A stretch of DNA of 64,000 bases from the human T2T-CHM13v2.0 reference genome, Homo sapiens. Numbering within the stretch: the stretch's first letter is position 1; each line of letters begins with the position of its first letter. The stretch lies in assembly GCF_009914755.1 (NCBI RefSeq), contig NC_060940.1; one strand, 5' to 3'. A program made the position numbers and the translations under genes. Under the pieces are notes generated by a model that saw only the letters and a list, made by a program, of their open reading frames with translations, had not been told where the DNA came from and made no database searches. This document shows, in pieces, positions 55,288 to 64,000 of this stretch.

Positions 55288-58200
55288 GAGTACATTTAAT
55301 GATTGCTTTGTTTTCAATTCGAAGATGATTACATTCGATTCCATTCTATGATACCATTCGATTCCATTCAATGATGATTCCTCTCAAATCCATTGGATGA
55401 TTCCATTCGTGTCCATTCGGTGATTTCATTAGATTCCATTCGAGGATGATTCCATTCGATTCCATTCGATGATTCCATTCAATTCCATTCGATGATGATT
55501 CCATTCCAGTCCATATGATCATTCCATTTGATTTCATTCGATGATGATTCCATTCGATTCCATTCGATGATTCCATTCTATTCCATTCGATGATGATTCC
55601 ATTCGAGTCCATTCGATGATTCCATTCGAGTCCATTTAATGATTCCATTGGGTTCAATTCAATGATGATTACATTGGATTCCGTTCTATGATTCCATTCA
55701 ATTCCGTTCATTGACTATTTGATTCCATTCGATGATGATTCCATTTGAGTTCATTCGATGATTCTATTCGATTCTCTTCGATGGTGATTCAATTCTATTA
55801 TATTGGATGATTCCATTCGATTCCATTTGATGTTGATTTAATTCGATTCTATTCGATGATGATTCCATTGGATTTCACTTGATGATTCTATTCGATTCCA
55901 TTCAATGATGATTCACTTCTCGTCCATTGGATGATTCCATTTCATTCCATTCGATGATGATTCCATTCGATTCCATTCGATGATTCCATTTGATTCCATG
56001 CGTCGGTGAGCAATTCGATTCAATTCCATGATGATTCTATTTGATTCAATTAGATGATGTTTCCATTCGAATCCATTCCATGATTATTCCATTGGAATCC
56101 ATTCGGTGATGATTCCATATGAGTCAATTCAATGATGATTCCATATGGGTCCGTTCGATGATAATTCCATTTGATTTCATTCGGTACTTCTATTCAATTC
56201 CAGTCGATGATGATTCCGTTGGAGTCCATACGATGATTCCATTTGATTTCATTTGATGATGATTCCATTCGATGATGATTACATTGGATTCCATTCTATG
56301 ATTCCATTCAATTCCATTCGTTGATGATTCGATTCCATTCAATGATGATTCTATTTGAGTTCATTCGATGATTCTATTCGATTCCGTTCGATGGTGATTC
56401 AATTCTCTTATATTGGATGAATCCACTCGATACCATTTGATGATTATTCCATTGGAGTCCACTTAGTGAATCCTTCAGATTCTACTCGAAGATGATTCCA
56501 TTCAAGTCCATTCGATGATACCATTCAATTCCATTCGTTGATGCTTCCATTCAAGTGCATTCGATGATATCATTCGATTCCATTTGATGATAATTCCATT
56601 TGATTCCATGCGATGATTCTATTCGATTCCATTCAATGATAATTCCATTCAGTTCAGTGATTCCTCTGGACTCCATTTGATGATGATTCCATTGAATGAT
56701 TCCATTTGATTCTATTCGAAAATGATTCCATTTGAATCCATTTGATGATGATTCCATTAGATTCCATTTGATGATTCCATTCGATTCCATGCGACGATGA
56801 TTCCATTCGATTCCATTTGATGATTCCATTCTATTCTATTCGATGATGATTCCATTCGATTCCATTCGATGATGATTGGATTCGATTCCATTTGATGATT
56901 TCATTTGATTCCATTCGTTAATGATTTCGATCAATTCCATTCGATGATTCCATTCGATTCCATTCGATAATGATTACATCCGTGTCCATTCAATGATTCC
57001 ATTTGAGCCTGTTCGATAATTCCATTTGTGTCCAACCAATGATTCCATTCATTTCCATTCAATGATTCCATTCGAGTCCATTTGATCATTCCGGTAGGGT
57101 CCATTCGATGTTGATTCCATTGGAGTGCATTCGATGATTCCATTCGAGTCCATTTTATGATTTGATTCGAGTCCTTTCGATGATTCCATTCGATTCCACT
57201 CGATGATGATTTCATTCGAGTCCATTCGACACTTCCAATCGATTCCATTTGATGTTTCCATTCGAGTCCAATTGATGATTCCATTCAATTCCATTCGATG
57301 ATGATTCCGTACGATTCCATTCTGTGATGATTCCCTGTGATTCCATTCAATGATGATTCCTTTAGATTGCATTCGATTGTGATTCATTTCGTCTTCATTC
57401 TATGGTTCCACAGGTTTCCATTCGTGTCCATTCCATTATTCCATTCTATTCCATTTGATGATGATTCCATTCGATTCCATTCATTGGTGATTCCACTCAA
57501 TTCCATTCAATGATTCCATTCCATTTCTTTCAACAATGATTCCATTAGTTTCTAATCGATGATCCACTTGATTCCATTTGACGACGATTCCATTCTTGTC
57601 CATTCGATGATTCCATTTGATTCCATATGATGATGATTCCATTCGATTCCATACCATGATGATTCCATTCGAGTCCATTCAATGGTGATTCCATTCAATT
57701 CCATTCGATGATTCCTTTCGATTCCATTCGATGATGATGGCATTCGATTCCTTTCAATCATTCCCTTTGATTCCATTCAAAGGTGATTTCATTCAAGTCC
57801 ATTCGATAATTGCATTCGATTCCATTCTATGATGATTCCATTCGAGTCCATTTGATGATTCCATTCAATTCAAGTCAATGATGATTCCATTCGATTCCAT
57901 TCGATGATTCCATTGGATTCCATTCGATGATGATTCCATTCAAATCCATTCGATAATTCAATTCAAGTCCATTCGATGATGATTAAAATCGAATCCATTC
58001 AAAGATTCCATTCAGTTCCATTCGATGATTCCCTTAGATTCCATTCGATGATTCCACTTGATTTCATTTACGATGATTCCATTCGATTCCACGTGATGAT
58101 TCCATTCAATTCTATTCAATGCTGTTTCCATTTGATTCCATTCGACCATGATTGCCTTTGATTCCATTCAATGACTCCATTCGGTTCCTTTTGATGATGA

Positions 58201-60829
58201 TTCCGTTCGATTCCATTTGATGATTCCATTTGATTCCATTGGATGAGTCCATTCGATTACATTCGATGATTATTCCATTCGAGTGCATTAGATGATTCCA
58301 TTCGAGTCCATTCGATGATTCCATTCGATTCCATTCGATGTTGATTCTGTTCAAATCCATTCGATGATTCCACTCGATTCCATTCGATGACTCCAGTTGA
58401 TCCCATTCGATGATTTCCTTTGATTCCCTTTGATGATCATTCCATTTGATTCAATTCGGTGATTTCATTTGATTCCATTCAGTGATGTTTCCATTCGACT
58501 CCATTCGATGATGATTCCATTCGACTCCATTCGATTATGATTTCATTCAATTCCATTCGATAATGATTCCCTTCGAGTCCATTCGATGATTCCATTCGAT
58601 TCCATTCAACGATGATTTGATTCGTGTCCATTCGATGATTCCATTTGATTCCACTTGATGATGATTCCATTCGAGTCCATTTGATGATTCCATTCAATTC
58701 CATTCTCCGATGATTTCTTTTGAGCCCATTCAATGCTTCCACTCGATTCCATATGATGATGACTCCATTCGATGAAATTCGATGATGATTCCCTTTGATT
58801 CCATTCAAAGATGATTCCATTCTAGCCCATTCAATCATTCCATTCGATTCTATTCAATGATGATTCCATTCATGTCGATTTGGTGATTCCATTTGACTTC
58901 ATTTGATGATGATTCCTTTCAAGTTCATTAGATGATTCCATTCGATTCCATTTGATGATGATCCCATTCGAGTCCATTCAGTGATTCCACTCGTTTCCAT
59001 TCCATGATGATTCCATTCCATTCCATTCAATGATTCCATTCGATTCCGTTTGATGATGATTTCATTCGAGTCCATTTGATGATTCCATTTGATTCCATTC
59101 GATGATGATTCCATTCGAGTCCATTCGATGATTCTATTCGAATCCATTTGATGATTTCTTTTGATTATAGTTGGTGATGATTCCATTGGAGTCCATTCAA
59201 TGATTCCATTCGATTCCAATCGATGGTGATTCCATTAGAGTCCATTTAATGATTCCATTTGATTCCAGTCTCTGATGATTACATTCGAGTCCATACGATG
59301 ATTCCACTCAATTCCATATGATGATGATTCCATTCGATTCCATTCGATGATTCCATTCTATTCTATTCAATGGTGATTCCATTCGAGTACATTAGATGAT
59401 TCCATTCGATTCCATTCAATGATGATTCTATTTGTGTCCCTTAGATGATTCCACATGATTCCATTAGATGATGATACTATTTGAGCCCATCCAATGATTC
59501 CCTTCGATTCCATTCGATGAGGATTCCATTCGATTCAATTCATTGGTGATTGTATTCAATTCAATTCTTTGATTCCATTCCATTCCATTCGACAATGATT
59601 CCATTCGATTTCTTTCGATGATTCCACTCGATTCCACTTGACATTGATTCCCTTCGATTCCATTCAATGATTCCATTTGATTCCAGTGGATGATGATTGC
59701 CATCGATTCCATTCGATCACTCCATTCTATTCCATTTGATGATGATTACATTCGATTCCATTTGACGATTCCATCTGATTCTATTCGAGGATTCCATTTG
59801 ATTCCATTCGATGATGATTCCATTCGAGTCCATTCGATGATTTCATTCGAGTACATCCAATGATTCCATTCGAGTCCATTTGATGATTCCATTTGATTCC
59901 ATTTGATAATGATTCTACTAGAGTCCATTCAATGACTCCATTGGAGTCCATTCAACAATTCCATTCGACTCCATTTGATGATTCCATTCGATTCCATTTG
60001 ATGATTCCATTCGAGTCCATTTAATCATTACAGTCGAGTCCATTTGGTGATTCCACCGGATTTCTTTTGATAATGATACCATTCAAATACATTTGATGAT
60101 GATCCCATTCAATTTCATTTGATGATGATTCCATTAGAGTCCATTCGATGATTTCATTCGAGTCCCTTCATTGATTCCATCCGATTTCATTGGATGATGA
60201 CTCCATTCGAGTCCATTCGATGATTCCACTCGATTCCATTAGATGATTCCATTGGAGTCCATTTGATTGTTCCATTCGATTCCATTCAATTCCTTTCGAA
60301 GATTATTCCATTTGAGTCCATTCGACGATGATTCCATTCCATTCCATTCGATGATTCCGTTTGATTCCATTCGATGATTCCCTTCGATTCCTTTCTTTGA
60401 TGATTCCATTCCATTCCATTCAATGATTCCATTCGAATCTATTCCATGATGATTCCTTTCGATTCCATTCGCTGATGTTTCCGTTCAATTCCATTCGATG
60501 ATGATTCCATTCGATTCCATTCATTGAGGATTCCATTTGATTCCATTCAATGATGATTCCGTTCTATTCCATTCAATGATTGCATTCAATTCCATTCAAT
60601 GATTATCCCCTTAGAGTAAACTCAACGATTCCATTCAATACCATTCGATGATGATTCCTTTTGAGTCCATTCAATGATTTCATTCAAGTCCATTTGATGA
60701 TTCCTTTCAATTCCATTCTATGATGATTCCATTCGAGTCCATTCGATGATTCCATTCGATTGCATTCGATGATTCCATTATATTCCAGTCAACGATGATT
60801 CCATTCGAGTCCATTCGATGATTCCATTA
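55288..60829 (+). repeat. 6,112-bp-type unit with a 570-bp deletion (5,542 bp)
   Basis: Landmark at 55,288 and 60,830. The junction GAAATTCGATGATGATTCCCTTTG near 58,775-58,797 joins the equivalents of ~48,200 and ~48,770. Confidence 0.85.
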
Positions 60830-63800
60830 GAGTACATTTAATGATTGCTTTGTTTTCAATTCGAAGATGATTACATTGGATTCCATTCTATGATACCATT
60901 CGATTCCATTCAATGATGATTCCACTCAAATCCATTGGATGATTCCATTCGTGTCCATTCGGTGATTTCATTAGATTCCATTCGAGGATGATTCCATTCG
61001 ATTCCATTCGATGATTCCATTCAATTCCATTCGATGATGATTCCATTCCAGTCCATATGATCATTCCATTTGATTTCATTCGATGATGATTCCATTCGAT
61101 TCCATTCGATGATTCCATTCTATTCCATTCGATGATGATTCCATTCGAGTCCATTCGATGATTCCATTCGAGTCCATTTAATGATTCCATTGGGTTCAAT
61201 TCAATGATGATTACATTGGATTCCGTTCTATGATTCCATTCAATTCCGTTCATAGACAATTTGATTCCATTCGATGATGATTCCATTTGAGTTCATTCGA
61301 TGATTCTATTCGATTCTCTTCGATGGTGATTCAATTCTATTATATTGGATGATTCCATTCGATTCCATTTGATGTTGATTCAATTCGATTCTATTCGATG
61401 ATGATTCCATTGGATTTCACTTGATGATTCTATTCGATTCCATTCAATGATGATTCACTTCTCGTCCATTGGATGATTCCATTTCATTCCATTCGATGAT
61501 GATTCCATTCGATTCCATTCGATGATTCCATTTGATTCCATGCGACGGTGAGCAATTCGATTCAATTCCATGATGATTCTATTTGATTCAATTAGATGAT
61601 GTTTCCATTCGAATCCATTCCATGATTATTCCATTGGAATCCATTTGGCGATGATTCCATATGAGTCAATTCAATGATGATTCCATATGGGTCCGTTCGA
61701 TGATAATTCCATTTGATTTCATTCGATGCTTCTATTCTATTCCAGTCGATGATGATTCCGTTGGAGTCCATACGATGATTCCATTTGATTTCATTTGATG
61801 ATGATTCCATTCGATGATGATTACATTGGATTCCATTCTATGATTCCATTCGATTCCATTCGTTGATGATTTGATTCCATTCGATGATGATTCCATTTGA
61901 GTTCATTCGATGATTCTATTCGATTCTCTTCGATGGTGATTCAATTCTATTATATTGGATGATTCCATTCGATTCCATTTGATGTTGATTTAATTCGATT
62001 CTATTCGATGATGATTCCATTGGATTTCACTTGATGATTCTATTCGATTCCATTCAATGATGATTCACTTCTCGTCCATTGGATGATTCCATTTCATTCC
62101 ATTCGATGATGATTCCATTCGATTCCATTCGATGATTCCATTTGATTCCATGCGTCGGTGAGCAATTCGATTCAATTCCATGATGATTCTATTTGATTCA
62201 ATTAGATGATGTTTCCATTCGAATCCATTCCATGATTATTCCATTGGAATCCATTCGGTGATGATTCCATATGAGTCAATTCAATGATGATTCCATATGG
62301 GTCCGTTCGATGATAATTCCATTTGATTTCATTCGGTACTTCTATTCAATTCCAGTCGATGATGATTCCGTTGGAGTCCATACGATGATTCCATTTGATT
62401 TCATTTGATGATGATTCCATTCGATGATGATTACATTGGATTCCATTCTATGATTCCATTCAATTCCATTCGTTGATGATTCGATTCCATTCAATGATGA
62501 TTCTATTTGAGTTCATTCGATGATTCTATTCGATTCCGTTCGATGGTGATTCAATTCTCTTATATTGGATGAATCCACTCGATACCATTTGATGATTATT
62601 CCATTGGAGTCCACTTAGTGAATCCTTCAGATTCTACTCGAAGATGATTCCATTCAAGTCCATTCGATGATACCATTCAATTCCATTCGTTGATGCTTCC
62701 ATTCAAGTGCATTCGATGATATCATTCGATTCCATTTGATGATAATTCCATTTGATTCCATGCGATGATTCTATTCGATTCCATTCAATGATAATTCCAT
62801 TCAGTTCAGTGATTCCTCTGGACTCCATTTGATGATGATTCCATTGAATGATTCCATTTGATTCTATTCGAAAATGATTCCATTTGAATCCATTTGATGA
62901 TGATTCTATTAGATTCCATTTGATGATTCCATTCGATTCCATGCGACGATGATTCCATTCGATTCCATTTGATGATTCCATTCTATTCTATTCGATGATG
63001 ATTCCATTCGATTCCATTCGATGATGATTGGATTCGATTCCATTTGATGATTTCATTTGATTCCATTCGTTAATGATTTCGATCAATTCCATTCGATGAT
63101 TCCATTCGATTCCATTCGATAATGATTACATCCGTGTCCATTCAATGATTCCATTTGAGCCTGTTCGATAATTCCATTTGTGTCCAACCAATGATTCCAT
63201 TCATTTCCATTCAATGATTCCATTCGAGTCCATTTGATCATTCCGGTAGGGTCCATTCGATGTTGATTCCATTGGAGTGCATTCGATGATTCCATTCGAG
63301 TCCATTTTATGATTTGATTCGAGTCCTTTCGATGATTCCATTCGATTCCACTCGATGATGATTTCATTCGAGTCCATTCGACACTTCCAATCGATTCCAT
63401 TTGATGTTTCCATTCGAGTCCAATTGATGATTCCATTCAATTCCATTCGATGATGATTCCGTACGATTCCATTCTGTGATGATTCCCTGTGATTCCATTC
63501 AATGATGATTCCTTTAGATTGCATTCGATTGTGATTCATTTCGTCTTCATTCTATGGTTCCACAGGTTTCCATTCGTGTCCATTCCATTATTCCATTCTA
63601 TTCCATTTGATGATGATTCCATTCGATTCCATTCATTGGTGATTCCACTCAATTCCATTCAATGATTCCATTCCATTTCTTTCAACAATGATTCCATTAG
63701 TTTCTAATCGATGATCCACTTGATTCCATTTGACGACGATTCCATTCTTGTCCATTCGATGATTCCATTTGATTCCATATGATGATGATTCCATTCGATT

Positions 63801-64000
63801 CCATACCATGATGATTCCATTCGAGTCCATTCAATGGTGATTCCATTCAATTCCATTCGATGATTCCTTTCGATTCCATTCGATGATGATGGCATTCGAT
63901 TCCTTTCAATCATTCCCTTTGATTCCATTCAAAGGTGATTTCATTCAAGTCCATTCGATAATTGCATTCGATTCCATTCTATGATGATTCCATTCGAGTC
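60830..64000 (+). repeat. Partial unit with a 610-bp tandem duplication (61,260-61,869 / 61,870-62,479); runs off the window end
   Basis: GGTGAGCAATTCG and ATATGGGTCCGTTCG each occur twice, 610 bp apart. ORF spacing 56,551 to 62,703 = 6,152 = 5,542 + 610. Confidence 0.85.

Larger units (their letters stand above)
1..64000 (+). repeat. Human satellite 2 (HSat2/HSATII) pericentromeric array, probably subfamily HSat2B
   Basis: Continuous ATTCCATTCG-ATTCCATTCG-ATG(ATG) 23/26-bp monomers, with the GAGTCCATT variant and frequent TCGA, from the first to the last base. CATTC is always on +. The ATG/ATGATG spacer distinguishes it from HSat3 (CATTC)n. The subfamily call rests on the reconstructed 6,112-bp period and is less certain than the family call. 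Confidence 0.97.

Noticed and set aside
45454-58161. Four plus-strand ORFs (45,454; 46,250; 47,392; 57,976)
   Set aside because: Chance loss of in-frame TGA in satellite monomers, giving low-complexity FHSMIPFDSI-type peptides.
119-63928. Well over a hundred short minus-strand ORFs (60-164 aa) rich in MESS/NGII/EWNH
   Set aside because: They are translations of the GAATG strand of the satellite, which is ATG-rich and stop-poor. They overlap in several frames, recur with the repeat period, are broken by frame-ignorant indels and show no domain or gene structure.
1-64000. HSat3, alpha satellite or telomeric repeat
   Set aside because: There are no long pure (CATTC)n runs, no 171-bp monomer or CENP-B box that I could see, and no TTAGGG arrays. 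The ATG/ATGATG-spaced decamers are HSat2.
1-64000. Strand inversion or large palindrome
   Set aside because: I saw no GAATG-oriented block on the + strand. Only short intrinsic palindromes (TCGA, ATCGAT, CGTACG) occur.

Overview
The whole 64 kb window is one uninterrupted, single-orientation array of human-type classical satellite 2 (HSat2/HSATII). It is built from diverged CATTC-derived 23/26-bp monomers (ATTCCATTCG ATTCCATTCG ATG[ATG]) on the + strand. I saw no gene, RNA gene, Alu/L1 insertion, CRISPR array or inversion. All ORFs in the track are artefacts of the stop-poor GAATG strand. The informative signal is higher-order structure, mapped by hand from rare landmark k-mers and ORF-track offsets. 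Three separate length calculations converge on a 6,112-bp parent unit, which fits the ~6.1-kb period I recall for HSat2B (mainly 16q11.2). The locus assignment is inference, and no intact 6,112-bp unit is present. The window contains: (i) three copies of a ~10-kb composite unit (4,130 + 5,853 bp) carrying a ~1.83-kb module that is absent from the 6.1-kb unit; (ii) a very young 7 x 2,255-bp tandem expansion at 9,673-25,457; (iii) several deletions, duplications and one out-of-order patch, joined in monomer register at (micro)homologies. I found no evidence for a novel coding system. What is notable is a readable record of satellite higher-order-repeat birth and remodelling.
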